52,102 bases of DNA, filler included, from Bipalium vagum (GCA_037834085.1; 3 parts of 3 records of this genome joined end to end with filler, not necessarily neighbours in it), one strand, 5' to 3'. Shown: positions 1 to 14,004, counted from the whole stretch's first letter. The notes: generated from the sequence alone by a model not told the origin. Translations and numbers: made by a program.

Positions 1-72
1 ATAATATAATATAATATAATATAATATAATATAATATAATATAATATAATATAATATAATATAATATAATAT
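1..72. repeat. (ATAAT)n pentanucleotide microsatellite at the contig start
   Basis: About 14 perfect ATAAT units read directly. Confidence 0.97.
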
Positions 73-1754
73 TTTTATAGGTAAATTAATTGTTTTCAGT
101 TTATTACACTAACATATACGAAGACATGTTTTATTTTTATAATAAATAGAAAAATTTTTTAATGTTTTTAGGAAATATTTGTTTTTGAAGTAATTATGAA
201 TGTTTTTATTCGATCTAAACAACGTCTCATTTTATCAAAATAAATTGACGTATTTATTTCTGTTATTATGAATATTTACTTTTTCTAAATTTAATAATTA
301 AATATAACATTTGCCAAGTGGTTTTTTTAAAAAAATGATAAAATTAATTAAAAATATATTTTAGAGTCATTTTTGAAATTTTTTTCTATTTTATTAGTGA
401 AAAGATTTAATATATTAATAATAAAATTATTATGGGAGTTTAATTAGAGATTTATTATTTTTGAAATCTCGTTTTCAAAATACTCCAGGTTTTATTTCAA
501 TACTTTCACAAAATAAATTAAAGGGTTTTATTAAATATTAATTGCAAAATTAAACAAAATTGTAGACAAAAAATATCAGTTGTAAATGTTTTTTTAATTA
601 TTCGCATATTTTTTGTTTTAATCCTTTATCAAATATTAGGCGCCTTCATTTAATTTACTAAAAATGATAAAAATATAACCGATGATTATTGTTGAATAAA
701 CAAAATTTTTTTTGGATAAATAAATTAAAACAATAAATTCATGAAGCCTTCTTGAAGAGACTTTAATATTGTTTATTTAACTGAGACTAATTATAATATT
801 TTTCTGTTTTCGTTTTGAAATTCCTTACCCATATTTCAATATCTGCAAAAAAGAATTTATTTCAGAAAGAACCATTTACAAATTTAACTTTTCCTTCATA
901 CTGAAATTGCTAAATGAAGCGGAAGGTATTAATTAATTTTCTCTCTGGAAACGCTCCTCTGGTTTATTTGACTCCCCTGTTATTCAACCTGATGATTGTG
1001 ACAGTGCGACCCATTTATAATTTTTGAAGTGAGAGAATCAAGTATCAATTTTTACAAGACAAAGTCAGTTGAGAGATCCACCCAAAATATATATGATGTA
1101 TAATAATGGAAAGAAATAACATGGATAATAAATAGAAAATAGGTGGAATAAATAAGATAAGATAAAAAATGTCTGAACTCGTCTCACTGTCATAATTAAC
1201 ACCCACACATAAATAGACCTTGAACGGGGTTAGAGATATCAAAGATCGAAACATTATTTCACTCCAGGAGAAAGTCCAATCAAACTCATAAAAATATAAA
1301 CTATTTTCTATAGAAATCACTAAAAAGTTTAAAGATTTTTGTAAAATAGAAGTTCTTCTGTATAAACTGAGAATAGTACTTAAATATGAATATAAATATA
1401 AATATTCATTATTTTATATTTTTAATTTTAATGGGTTGCAGTATTAATTTTTTGTTTCCAGTTGAAATTTTTTCAGAAGAATTTTATCCTAATTAATCTA
1501 CCATTGAATTTCGCCAGGCCTGTAAAATAGTAAATAAAAATGTAATAATTACCCAAAATAAAATTTAATATCTCAATATTTATTTAATAAATAATATTAG
1601 ACCAACCAAATATTTAATGTAAATGTTATATACTAAATAATAATTATATATTACCATCTATAAATAATTTGCATATATTAAAAAAAAATATATATATATA
1701 TATATTATACTTAAATTATATAATAATAATAACAATAATAGTATAAATAATACT

Positions 1755-1757
<3 letters not shown>

Positions 1758-1801
<44 letters not shown>
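1758..1801. repeat. (TTA)n microsatellite
   Basis: About 14 tandem TTA units. Confidence 0.9.
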
Positions 1802-2597
1802 TGCAGAAAGAAAACTGTAATTATTATTTTGCACTTATTAACTAATCTTATTTTATACTTTAAAAACTTTTCACGAATGCCTTATAATCTACAAATAAGT
1901 ATTTCTTTCATTTTCCTTATTAATACTTTGCTCAGTGTATTAATTCTTATTCCCTGGATGATTGAATAATTTCCTATTAAAAGTCTGAATCTTATACTTT
2001 TTTATCTCGAAAATTGATATTTTCATTAATGTTTATATTGATTAATTAAAATATATCACTTTCAAAACTTTCCCAACACAAAATATTAAAAAGGAAAAAA
2101 TGAAAATGAGTATTTTTGAAACGATTTTTTTGACTTTTATTTTGAAAATAGAGTAATTAGATAAATCGGAGAAAATTAATTAAAATTCATATTGCAAAAC
2201 GTTTTAATGAACAAAATCGATTATATTTAATATTTTTGTTTATATATATATAGCTAGGAAAATAGTTAATGACACCTTCCGTTTGGTTTTTGCTTGAAAA
2301 ATGATTTTGGAACGAATGCATGTGCATTTTTGTTTAAATTGTTATTAATTATTAATTATTGATTAATTGATTAATTGAATTGAATTTAATGAATTAGTAT
2401 CAAGAAATATTATTATTATTATTTTATAATTTCTAATTGAATTATTATCGTTATTATTATTACCTTTGATTAATTATTTTGTTTCCTTATTTTAAAATCA
2501 TATTTTAATCGTTTAAAAAGACATCCATCCTATGTTACGATTTAATCTGACCGCTTAAGTAATATAAAATCCTTTTTTGTTATAATAAATGATAGTA

Positions 2598-2910
2598 TTA
2601 GATGACCTGAAAAAATTCCACCGTTTTAAGATAAAAAAACAGCAAATTTTTTTCAATTAATAAATAAACTTTATTGAAACAAATATGTTCCATTGTCTTC
2701 GATAACCTTTCGCCATTTATGTGGTAAATTCACAATGAATCACTGAATAATTTCTGAGGTTTCTGATCAAATGTGAACAATTTACTTTTCAAGGTCTTTA
2801 AACAACAGGAAATCTAGTAAGAAATTTCTGCAGAAACCAAAGCAAATGGCAGTTCGACGGTGCTTGACTATGCACTGGATAAACCAGAATTTCCAGACAA
2901 ATTTTTTTGA
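2598..2910 (-). mobile_element. mariner 3' remnant with terminal inverted repeat (TIR)
   Basis: TA-TTAGATGACCTGAAAAAATTCC mariner-like end. Minus strand reads EILVYPVHSQAPSNCHLL (degenerate HPPYSPDLAPSDYHLF) and NLPHKWRKVIEDNGTY*. Confidence 0.75.
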
Positions 2911-2953
2911 GTTTTAATATTTATTATATTATATTATATTATATTATATTATA

Positions 2954-4187
2954 CAGTGTGGTCATCTGAAAACCAGGAAATTTCAAAAAATTTATATTTA
3001 CAACATGAATTTTATAAATGTTCAAAATGGCTTCCCTGCGCACCATGACATTGTCCTAACCGTGAGATCCAAGCTTCCGTTGCCATTCGAAATATATTTT
3101 TTTGTGACTCTGCCAGTAACAAACTTCAAATACAATAATCCATCACATTCAGATCTGGACTTTTTGAAGGCCAATGCTCAAGTTCGATGAAATCTGGAGT
3201 AACTTTTCTCAGAAAGTCAACAGTAGCCCTGGCAGTGTGAGCTTTTGCCCAATCTTGTTGCCATTTCCATGCTTCACCTTCCATAACATTCTCTATATCT
3301 CTGAATATTTGAGGACACATTTCGTTACAATAGATATTGTGATTTACCGTTTTCCTTTTCCTTCTGAAACAAGGAAGATGTTTCAATAAATCCAAATCTT
3401 CAATAAATCTAAATTCTATTTTTCCATAGAAGGACACTGCAAGATAACAAAATCCAGAGGGTTGCAATTTGTCATATTCAACCAGTAGATCCTCATTGAG
3501 TATATCAGTTTTCACGGTAATCTCACCGTAAATTCTCTCATTTTGTAGATTTAAAAGAGGCCGCAATGAAAACTTTGCTTCGTCCGAGAACCACACTTTC
3601 TTCCAAGCATCCATTTGTCCAAAACGATTAGCCAGTGCCCGGAACTTATTCATATGCATTATTTTATGCTGTTGAGGGAGGAAATTGCTTATATTGTTTC
3701 ATGATATTAAAAACGGATGTTTTTGATATTTTCAGTTCCCGGGATATTTCCCGCTAGCTCAAGTGCTTCCTTTCACTATCTCCTACACGAACGTGTTTCC
3801 TTTCACGTTTCTCATCAGAAATTCGGTTATGGGATCCTATTCTTTTTTTCCGGGTAATTTGTAACGGATTTGCTTTAAAACATGCAACGGCATTATCAAA
3901 TTGGTGTTTGGTAACCTTTTCAAAAAAACCTGGTAACACCTTTGAACATTTTATTAATCCCCATGTAGGATTTTCCGTCTTAAACAGAATTATTACTTGT
4001 CTCTCAAAATCTGATAATTGTTTTCTTTCTCGCATCAAATTAGCTATCTAAAAAAATCAATAATTATGAAATGATAAATAATGAAATTGAATGTATAATG
4101 ACAATAATTAATTTTTTTGAAATTCATGTATATTTGTGGTAAATATAATTTTTTTTGAAATTTCCCGGTTTTCGGATGACCATCCTG
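2954..4187 (-). mobile_element. Full-length but defective maT (DD37D) Tc1/mariner transposon
   Basis: ~50-bp TIRs (CAGTGTGGTCATCTGAAAACCAGGAAATTTCAAAAAA versus reverse complement CAGGATGGTCATCCGAAAACCGGGAAATTTCAAAAAA), TA on both sides. ORF 3126-3659 has VWFSDE, WQQD and WPSKSPDLNVMD with 37 residues between D2 and D3; the N-terminal piece is ORF 3754-4038. Confidence 0.92.
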
Positions 4188-4994
4188 TATTATAATATTA
4201 TAATATATAATATATATTTAATGAAAATTTTAAGTTAAAGAATTTGTAGTGGATAATAGCTTTAATAATAAAAATAATAATTTTCATAATAATAAAAAGT
4301 TATAACAGTGGTACATTGTTTTCTTTCCACCCATCTCGTGTATGAATATAAACTCATTAGAGTTAGGACTTAATTTTAAAGACATGTCAATCATTGTTTT
4401 GAAAGCAGAATTTTTAATATGGTCTTATCCTGTGAATTGTGATTATATACAAAAAATATTATTAACTATATATTATTTAAAGGTATAGAGCTAAGACAAA
4501 TATTGACATTGGCATTTAATAATATTGCCTACATATTTTAAATAATTAATATTTTGGCAGCATTAATTTTAAGACCGAAAAATGGAAGAACCAAATGGTG
4601 CCATCATCGACGGATTTCAGCACAGACAATATTATCCACAATAACAAAATGTAACAGATTATTTTCTAATATTTATTGAAGTGATCTTTCCGGACTCTTT
4701 ATTTCATAGAAATATGTTGTCTCTTAAATTCTTATTTAGAGAGAAAATTAATTTAAAGGATTAGAAAAAATCAATTTTAAGGAAAGGCAATATTTTTGAT
4801 TCCATTAAAAAGGCTTAGTTATATTAAAAAAGAATATGATTTTTTTGATAAACAAGAAAAGAGACGCGGAAAGTCACATTTCCAATTTGATTAGAAATAT
4901 TTTAAAGCACTTTATTTGTTTAAGTATGTGGTAAGGCTAAAAAATACTTAGACTCTACTAGAAATAATGAGAAAACAAAATTTTACATGAAATG

Positions 4995-5575
4995 GTCTCA
5001 TTTCTCGACATAACCGTGGTTTACATTGACTCACTTTTTCTACCGGTCGACCATTCCTTTAAAGCCCATTTCAAAGAAATTTTGATCCTTTTCCATGAGG
5101 AATTTCGTTATATTATCCTTCATATCATCCATTGAAACATTTTTTCGTCTTCACATATGTTTCATCAGATGATTGAACAACCAGAAATCACTAGATGCCT
5201 GATTTAGACTGTAAAGTGGATAGTCTAGCTGCAAAATCCAGCTTTGCTAATGTTTCTTGGGATTTCTTTGATGCTTAAATAGGACTGTTATCATGCAGCA
5301 AAAAAGATCCTGTTTTAAGGTTTGTGTCAGATAGTTCGGGTTTCAACTAAGAGATTACTGTAGTAATAGAAATTTATGATTTCTTCAGTAACATCTAGCT
5401 TCAAGATGCCTTCTCTATTCCAAAAGACAGCCAACAAGGCACATTTACGATGCAAAGTTCCCAGACACAAGACTTAAGATGGCTTCTAATTTTGGAAAAC
5501 CCATTCCTTTGAATCTCTTTTAGAGTAAGGAATGCAGAGACTCAATAACATCTCGTCTGTAACTATGATATTCCA
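4995..5575 (-). mobile_element. Degenerate mariner transposase remnant
   Basis: Minus strand gives IIVTDE, LLHDNSPI, YSLNQASSDFWLFNHL and HGYVEK*, with stops and frameshifts. Confidence 0.75.
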
Positions 5576-7286
5576 CAAAAATATTTAATAAAAATATTTA
5601 TAATCCTGAAAGTCTGAATATTTTGGCTCTCTATGAGATCACTCTGTGACCAATTAAGACCGCAATTATATCACCCGGATTGGATTTGTAGGAGGCTGAT
5701 GTTTCCTTGTATAAGGGATAGGAAATTCCGTTGGTACTGGTATCAAGTTCCCACTTTAAGTTCCCATAGCTTCGTTGCCGGTCATTGCATCATAGGCACC
5801 GGCCACTTAATAGATAGGTCTCGTTAACAGGTGTGTCGGATGAACCAGTATGTGAACCGGCTAACATGTATTGGTCGTCAGAAAATGCAACTGGTTAAAT
5901 CAAAATAGATCCATATATTAAATATATTATTACATTAAATTATTTATTTAATATTTAATAATAAAATAATGTTTTTCGTTCTTGGAAAGCTTATAGGTTT
6001 TATTCCTACTAGTCTTTGTAATTCGCTTTTATTCTCAATGTCATTTCTTTTCCATCAAAATTACATCTTAAAGATGCCAGTAACGGGTTGAGGTAGTACA
6101 ACATGATCCATTATGGTTCAGAGATTATTTTTTCAAAAATGATTTTTCTTGAGATTACATTGTCATTTAATTTGTTTTCATAATTAATTTCCAGTACGAT
6201 TTGAAGTAGTTTTCTCATGTATTATTATGATTTTATGAAATTCTTGACTGACCCATCCTGGAGTAACATGTATATTTTGTCTATTTCCCCATGTTCAGGG
6301 ATGTGAATACTAAATGATCATATATTGCTTGGTGAATCTGTGCGTACTCAGCAGCTGGGGACAAGATTATCTTTTCATAAAATGTAGACGTTATTAATAT
6401 ATTTTTATTTATTCAAACAAAATTTAACATCATTAGTAAAAACATTCAAAATGTTACTCTTTAATAATATTTAATTGGAAAATTGTTTAGAAAATGTTAC
6501 ACAATGTTATTTTCCATTAAATAATATTCACAAATCGTTTTTAATTTTGTTTTTATATGGAATTTTATTACATTATTTGGATGGCATATATTTTTGTTAT
6601 GTCAGGAGAAAAACAACAAAAAAACATAAAACATTCGACACGATATTCATCAAGAGAGATTCGAGTTTTATCACAATAGAAAAACAGAATTTGTATATTC
6701 TAATTTGTATATTTGAATATTTATATAATATATAATATTATAATATAAAGATAAAGACAGAGTAATAGTCGGTCTGGACAGGTATGATTTGTTTAACAAA
6801 TTAGATTTATTGCCAAGCAAGAATAACATCCTTTGATCAGAAAACCAATATGATAAATTTTTATGTGTGAATTTACAAAGACGTGCTTTGAAATCGATTA
6901 TTTGATAATCATAAATTGAGGGTTCTGAAACATTTCTGGGACTTCAAACAATAAACTATATTCTTCGAACGAATATTTACCCAAAAATGTTGACGAAATA
7001 CACGTATTTACATTGTTAAAATTTATATTAACCAAGCCAATGAAAGCCTAACTCAAAATCTTATAATACGCTAATGATTAACACCCTTTGAAAAAACAAA
7101 TTACATGTAAGTCCAAAGCTAATTAGACTAAATTTATTATGAAATGTCTCATTAATGTCTCCAAAAATCTACACACATTTAGTATAACTTAAAACTACAA
7201 TCGAGACCTTCACAACAAATTAATGAATAAAATTAAATTAAAAATGAAAAAATTAATGATAAATGATAAAATAATTAATTGCGACA

Positions 7287-7381
7287 CAAAAAAAATGATA
7301 AGCTACTTTGAGCCGACTTCGGGTTGGATCCCTCACAGAATACCCAGGTTCGTTCGGAATCTGCTATTAACCTATCTCAGC
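7287..7381 (-). other. tRNA-like / tRNA-derived SINE head remnant
   Basis: 70-nt stretch GCTGAGATAGGTTAATAGCA...GGGATCCAACCCGAAGTCGGC with a partial acceptor stem (GCTGA/TCGGC), a B-box-like GGATCCAACCC and a T-run ~17 nt downstream. The cloverleaf is imperfect. Confidence 0.35.
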
Positions 7382-8685
7382 GTGAGCCACAACCCTTAGT
7401 AAAGAGTCGATACATTTATGACTGTTTATTGAACATTTCTTTAACGTTTCAATATAGGATTTCAATAGTAATTCACATTTCAATTCTCTTTAATCTTTCA
7501 ATATAACACTTACCTATGTTTAATATTTTACGGAATATTCTTATGATTATATAGACCTCTTCTACATTAACCCATTTTCGTCCAGTGCAATTCCATCCAT
7601 AAAAACAATTAGACAATTCTCAGTCTGAACTCTGTTTTTTCGAAGTAAACACGCGAGTAATTTGGATAATCAAGATCTTGAGACTTTCAGTCCATTGTGA
7701 CTTAAACATCAAAGAAAGAGGATGAGGTTTTATATATAAATCTTTTAATTTAAATCTTTCAGTTTTTGAAGACCATAACTCAGCAAAGTCTGCATTCACT
7801 ATATTACAGAATATTCTTCCTTCAATGAAGTTTTTGGTTATTTACCAACTTCACTGTCCTAATAGTTAAAAGATGACTAAAAATAAATAAATAAACATAT
7901 ATTCACGAAAGATCCGATAGCATTTTTTTCAAATCAAAAGTACCAGTTTTATCTTAAAGAGCTGAAATAATGATAAAAAAGGAAAATAAATCCTGACCTG
8001 TAATTGCAATAAATAATGATATTTTTTTATCCTTAATTCTCTTTAAACCAGAAATGATATTTAAAAATACAGTCTTCGTTTACCTCTTCTCATTGATTTT
8101 TTTCATTTTATTTTTATGCAACATTTTTATCACAAAAAGAAAAAATCCCCTCCTGTCAAAAGAAATGTTTGAGAAAAAAAATTAAAATATTACGGAAACG
8201 TATACAATACTTGTACAAAGGTTTCTCAAAAGCATTTGATAATTAAAACTTCTAGAAAATGTGGTTCAATTCTTGTCCATTGAAACAACCAAACCTCTTG
8301 TAATGATTGCTTAACTAAGGATTTTGATATTTACTGTCAGAAGATCTTCATGTCACCAAACAATTTCAATTCTCCTTATGGTTTTATTATTTGAAGGACA
8401 ATTAACAGATTAATTTCTTTAATCAATAAATTTCATAACAATTTATTTTTAGCAAGTCAAGAAAAAAATTGAAAAATTAACCATTTTAATTCAATTCATA
8501 TTTTTTGCCTTACATTTTAAATAGTAAGACCAAATTCCGCAAAGTTAGATAAAACGTTCTGACAAGACTTAACAACAAAAATTGTGATTATTTAGAAATT
8601 GTATTGAATTATACTAATAATAGTAACTAATCTGAATGAAAATACCCCACCAATTTTTAATTTATTAAAAATACCAGAAACAGTA

Positions 8686-9550
8686 GTAAAGTAAATCAAA
8701 AGTCTTCCATTAAACAACAACTTTTGTTTTCAGTGATCTTAAGCCATCTCTGGGGTAATTGTCGAATCTGATGAAAATACCATTCATAGATTTTGGATGT
8801 AAATCACGACAATCAGGTTCAATATTTTCCACTGTTTCAAACCGCCGATTCCGAAGAAATTTCAGCCGTAGAGCAAAATGAGCCATAGTATGAAGACGTG
8901 TGCGGAGAGTATGGTGGATGTGGAAGTAATGGCACACAATCCATTTTTCTGAATTTCAGCTCTGTTCAAATGAGACCAGTGTGGGGCAGCATTATCATAT
9001 GGTAACAGAGCAATTTTTCTGTTTATTAAATTTGCATAACGTGTCTTTTAAGTATCACAGACATGTTCTAACTGCTCTGCGTACAGCTCAAAGTAAATAC
9101 TTTCCTCAAAAATCTACCATACGCTTCATAGAATCTTTTTTCCAAATCAGTCATTTTTTGGCACTCAAAACGGCTTATTGCTAGAAGATAATCATTGATT
9201 TTTTCTGTCATAAATGTGGAAAAATATCTATTTCTCATTCCAAGTTATGATCTGTTTCCAGAAATAATAATTAATAGGATTTTCTAGCAATTGTTTGAAA
9301 ATAAAAATTCTTTGATATAGTGAAATTGTTAATTTTTTTGGATCCTCTTTTGATGCTTTCCTGGAAAATCTAAGCTTGTCTAATAATAACTAAAAAAAAA
9401 ATAAAGCCTTAATTCAAATGTGAAATTAATTCTGCAATAAAAATCTTTAAATTGATATATTCAAATGTATTAATGTATTTATTATCTATTTGAAATATTT
9501 AAACTAAGATAGGGATGCCATTATGGGAAGAGACTTTTGATACACCTTAA
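8686..9550 (-). mobile_element. Internally deleted mariner with degenerate TIRs
   Basis: Ends TAGTAAAGTAAATCAAAAGTCTTCCAT and reverse complement TATTAAGGTGTATCAAAAGTCTCTTCCCAT; motifs YDNAAPH and LLPHPPYSP. Confidence 0.75.
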
Positions 9551-12500
9551 TATTAATCTCTGATTCCGATGCATTTACGAAAGTCAAATACTGCAAAATT
9601 TCTCTTCATATATATTTCCTCTTTTAAACTATCAACCAAAGATTAAAAAAATCTGTTGTCAGCTTTTAAAATATTTATTTTTAAATTTTAAATAATTTAG
9701 AGGTATAAAGTCATAAATTTTGTTCAGTGAACCCCGTTAATATTAACAATAAAAATGATGAAGAGAGAAAATTAAAAATCCAATCACCTAGGAGGCGTTC
9801 AGAAAACAATTTGACTCCGTTAAGAGTATGGAGTATAAAAAAGAAAAATTGGGAAATAACAAAAAGTACAACCACTCCGTCTTTAAGAGAAGGAAAAGAT
9901 ATGGTGAATCCCTGTATTCATTTAATGTAATAAGTTGAAATGAAATAGAACGGAATTTTCGAATGTCTTATGCAATTTTTATTTAAATGTTTAACATCAG
10001 TCCACCGACTAACTTGTGAATCAAGTAAACAATCAAGGGTGGTTTAAGATTTTTATCAAAGAAATCAGTATTGTCTGAAGAGGTGAAAATTGATTTTCAA
10101 TATTCTGTTAAACAATATGAAAATTTTACTTTCCCCCATTAATTAAGTGGACAATTTTGTTTCACTTGTTGGCCTGCTTGATTTTGATTTGTAACTATTA
10201 TACCTTCTCAGAAGGACATTTGTTCATCTACTAAATTTCACATGATGAGAGCTTTAACCTATTTTGTTTTCATTTTCTTGGCTCATCATTCTTTAATATT
10301 AAATATATTTCGATAATTTTTAATATTTTTATCTTTATTAATATCTTTTAATACTGTAATAAAAAATTAACAAAAAATGTTACTATTTTTAGATTCACAC
10401 AAATTTCATTTTATATTTCTAAAAGTATTATTATTTATTAATAATTATTAGTGCTAATTTATTTAAAATTAGCAACTTTAATTTACTAATTTTGTTTCGC
10501 ACATTTCATTTCAAATAATTAATTATTCACAAATTATAATTTATATTTAATTATTTTTACTGATGAGAAAAATATATTGCTTTACTGCTTTCACATTGTT
10601 TTATAGCTTTACAATTTTTGGTCACAAAAAATGAAATGATTCGCAGCAGAAAAGGGCAAATTTTCCAAAATCGATCCGAAAACTGAGAACAATGAAATTT
10701 AATTTAGATCATAATTCAAGCCAGAGTTCGGTATTAAAAGCTGTGAAACAAATGTTCTGGAAATAAGATTTCTTCAACGAAAATTCGTCCTTTACAATGT
10801 GTGATCTTTGACTGTTTCGAGGAACTCGGTCAATAACTAAGAAGTTGCTGTTAATCCTGAAACCGAGTTAGGACCAGTATTCAGGAGAACGTTCTTAATG
10901 TTATATATTTTGTTTTGTATTAAATATTTTAATTGTTAATCATTGATTTCTCTTTTTTTTATATTAAAATAATAATATCGTGAGTTGAATCAATTGATAG
11001 ACGATGTGAACAGAATTATTTTGTGCCATGTTGAATATTTCAAGTGAATATTGATGATTAAAATGTACTAATTTTCGAATAAGACGTTTTTTATCCTTTT
11101 ATATATGCAAGTACATATTATGAACTGGTATTTTCAAGTAGAAATTTTGAAAAATTACCAAGAAATAACTTTAATTTTTATCAAGAATAAGTTTAAAAAG
11201 ATATTGATTTTCTAAAAAAATTTAAATTTCTGAAAAAAAATTATTTTAAATTAATTTAAAGAAAATAGTAAAAATATAAAAGAAGCAACAGGAATTTAAA
11301 AGTTAAATAATGATTAAAAATTAGTTAAAAATTTAAACATTAATAACGAATAAAATAAGAATAATTAAATAAGTATTTCATTTGATTAATTTAATTATTG
11401 ATTCAATATAATTGATTTTTTTTATTAATTTTCAATTTTTGTAATTTTTTATTATTCGATTATTAATTTTCAACTTATTCAATTATTGATTACTTCATTT
11501 AGAAAATTTAAAACTAAATTTTATAAATGATTATTTTAAAAAAACTTAATAAAGATAGCTGCTCTATAAAGGGTTACCATATACGAGATGCAAGAAAAAA
11601 TCAGTAATTGAGAGAAACTTGATTTTTCTGGTGTAGGGTTGTGAGTCCATTTTATAACAGGTAACGCATTATATGAATGGACAAAAATCGATAAAATATG
11701 AAAATCATGCTTGACGAGACGTATTGAATGTTGATAAAAAAAAAATAAAATTCTGTCTCAAAATTTATTTATTGATTTCTATATTTTTATTACTTATATT
11801 TTATTATAAAAATCTTTCCAGTTTTCAATTATTTGTGTTTTTAGGTCTACAAAATTACATTCAAAAAATAGAATAAAATATATCTGAGAATTAAAAATTT
11901 ATTTTAACTTTCTTCACATATTATTTTATTATTGACTAAACTATTGATTTTATGAATAAAAATAGTCAGAAAAATATTAAAATATTATTTTTATATTAAT
12001 AAATAAAAAAAATTTTCATAAAGGAAAATTTTAAATATTCATAAGGTTTGTACTATTTAATATCACACGCCTTACCCACGATGTTATTTAAGAATCGGTT
12101 CGGGATTAAAATTATACTCAATAATCCCAATATCATATTCTGTTCTTATCTCAAAGAGAATACTTTCTGAAAATGTTGTACAGAATTTCATATTATCACG
12201 TATTTCTTTAAATTAACATTATTATCATCAAGGTTATGAAATGATTATTTCACACAGAGAATAGGATCGTCATCATAAGCATTAGGAATATCATTTTTTC
12301 CATTTGGAAAGACTTAAGAAGAATAATAAATATATTTATCTTTGAAATTGATAAAAATAGAAATATCTACAAGGCACGTGGTTACCTTTTGTGAGTGAGG
12401 CCAAATCCTATCGGAAACATATGAAGTCCACAAATTAATGCTGAAGGAAGAAAAAGCAATACAAAATAAAATCTTCAATTACTTGGGTGACATGAATATC

Positions 12501-12888
12501 AGTGCCCCATATACTCTTGTGCAATTCATGACAGATAGAATATATTAAATATGAAATATTTATAAAAATGTTTTAATTAAATTCTCTTTTCTTCTTTTTA
12601 AATTGTGCATCTTCACTTAACCAAAAAATATATTTATAAAATATATTGGGCTAATGCTAAATAATGTCACGTTTTATTTATTAATCTTAATTGATTTTAA
12701 AGTTTGTGTTGTTTAAATAATGCTTATATTTTGGTACAATTCGAAAGCTTAGATTTCATGTAATTTTTAAAGAAAGTAAATAATTTTCAAAGATTATTAA
12801 TTATTGAGCTGCAAATCTTTGTTTTTGAAAGTGTTGAAAAACTTTTGCCTCAGCCTAAGACAAGTTTTTATAGATGATTTAACGGATC

Positions 12889-13670
12889 ATGGAAAAGAAT
12901 CAAATTAGTAATTTTTTCTTGTGCAAGTACAAATTACTGAAACGACTCGTAAAATTAATAAAGATTTGATCACAGAATATTTAATGATTTCGTGGTATAA
13001 CTTTGCTATGAGATGAGATCCTTGAATATCTCGAAGTTGACGATCTTAGACCTCAAATTTACAATGATCAGCTAAAGAAGATTATTGAAGTGGATTAATC
13101 AAAAACCAATAGATATATAGTAGAGGAAGTCAACGTCAACCATACTAGTATATTTAGTTGTTTGAATCAAATTGGAACGTTAAATAGATTGAGAAGTGAG
13201 AACCACATCGGTTGAGTGAAAAACTATAATATATCTTTGCTGTTGTGCAAGAACAGTGAACCAATTCTCCATCAAATTGGGAATTATGATGATAAATAGA
13301 TTCTGTGGGACAACTGATGAAGTTAAGAATAATAGTTGAACCACAATGAAGCTCATTAGCACATCCAAAAATCAATCTTTCACCAAAAAAGTTATGTTGA
13401 CGGTTTGGAGGTCCACGAGCAGTCTGATTCATCACAACTTTCTAAACCAGGGTGGAACTATTACAGTAGAGAAGTATTTCTAACAAATTAAAGAAGTGAA
13501 TAATAAATAAACTTTCCATACAGGCATTGTAAAAGACTACAATTATTTTGCAAGACAATACAAGCTCACGTGTTGCACAAAAAATTTTGCTCAAATTTAA
13601 TAATTTTGGATGCCAAATTTTGGCTCTTCCCATCTTTACCAGATTTTCATTTTTTTAGGCATCCGAACAA
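12889..13670 (+). mobile_element. Degenerate mariner transposase
   Basis: MEKNQI start, IIEVD...VNVNHTSI helix-turn-helix, PHRLSE, TTDE, PKKVMLTVW, IILQDN. Confidence 0.8.
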
Positions 13671-14004
13671 GTGTTAAAAAATATAACAATATATATTAAT
13701 TGTGTCTGTCGTATCTTTAACAAAATTGTTTAGTTAATAGTTATATTTTAGCAATGAGGGTGATACCATAAATTATTGAGTTAATTCATTTTTATACATA
13801 CTCAGTATAACATATACATCGAAATAGATAATAAACAATAACTACCATATTATAATTACTACTGATCTACAAAGTTTATGAAAACCGATTGAAATCGGAC
13901 ATTTATATGGTGGAACCCAACAGAGTTGGAAATTGACAATGAATAGACCCATTCGTCAAATGAGAAATATTTATTTCAACACTTAAACAGAGAATCTGAA
14001 TTAC

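Larger units (their letters stand above)
829..12530 (-). pseudogene. Decayed multi-exon (unprocessed) gene of unknown identity, interrupted by transposon insertions
   Basis: GT-AG-bounded exon-like blocks, several with mutually consistent phases: ~12530-12483, 12440-12386, 12339-12076, 11752-11578, 10893-10613, 8152-8084, 8040-7998, 7961-7907, ~7858-7572, 1319-~987, 900-829. Short introns of 42, 46, 41, 43 and 36 nt. The spliced frame has in-frame stops and 1-nt frameshifts (e.g. HELHKSIWGTDIHVTQ|H*FVDFICFR*DLASLTK|DKYIYYSS*VFPNGKND). That all blocks belong to one gene is inference. Confidence 0.5.

Noticed and set aside
7567-7590. TTAA-CCCATTTTCG, like a piggyBac end
   Set aside because: No matching opposite end nearby; it overlaps a probable splice donor of the minus-strand pseudogene.
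7900-12530. TAA/TAG-to-Gln recoding suggested by repeated in-frame TAR codons in the exon chain
   Set aside because: The 800-aa Robo, the 396-aa ORF, AMPK-beta and the CaM-like exons have no in-frame TAR, and the chain also has TGA stops and frameshifts; pseudogene decay explains it.
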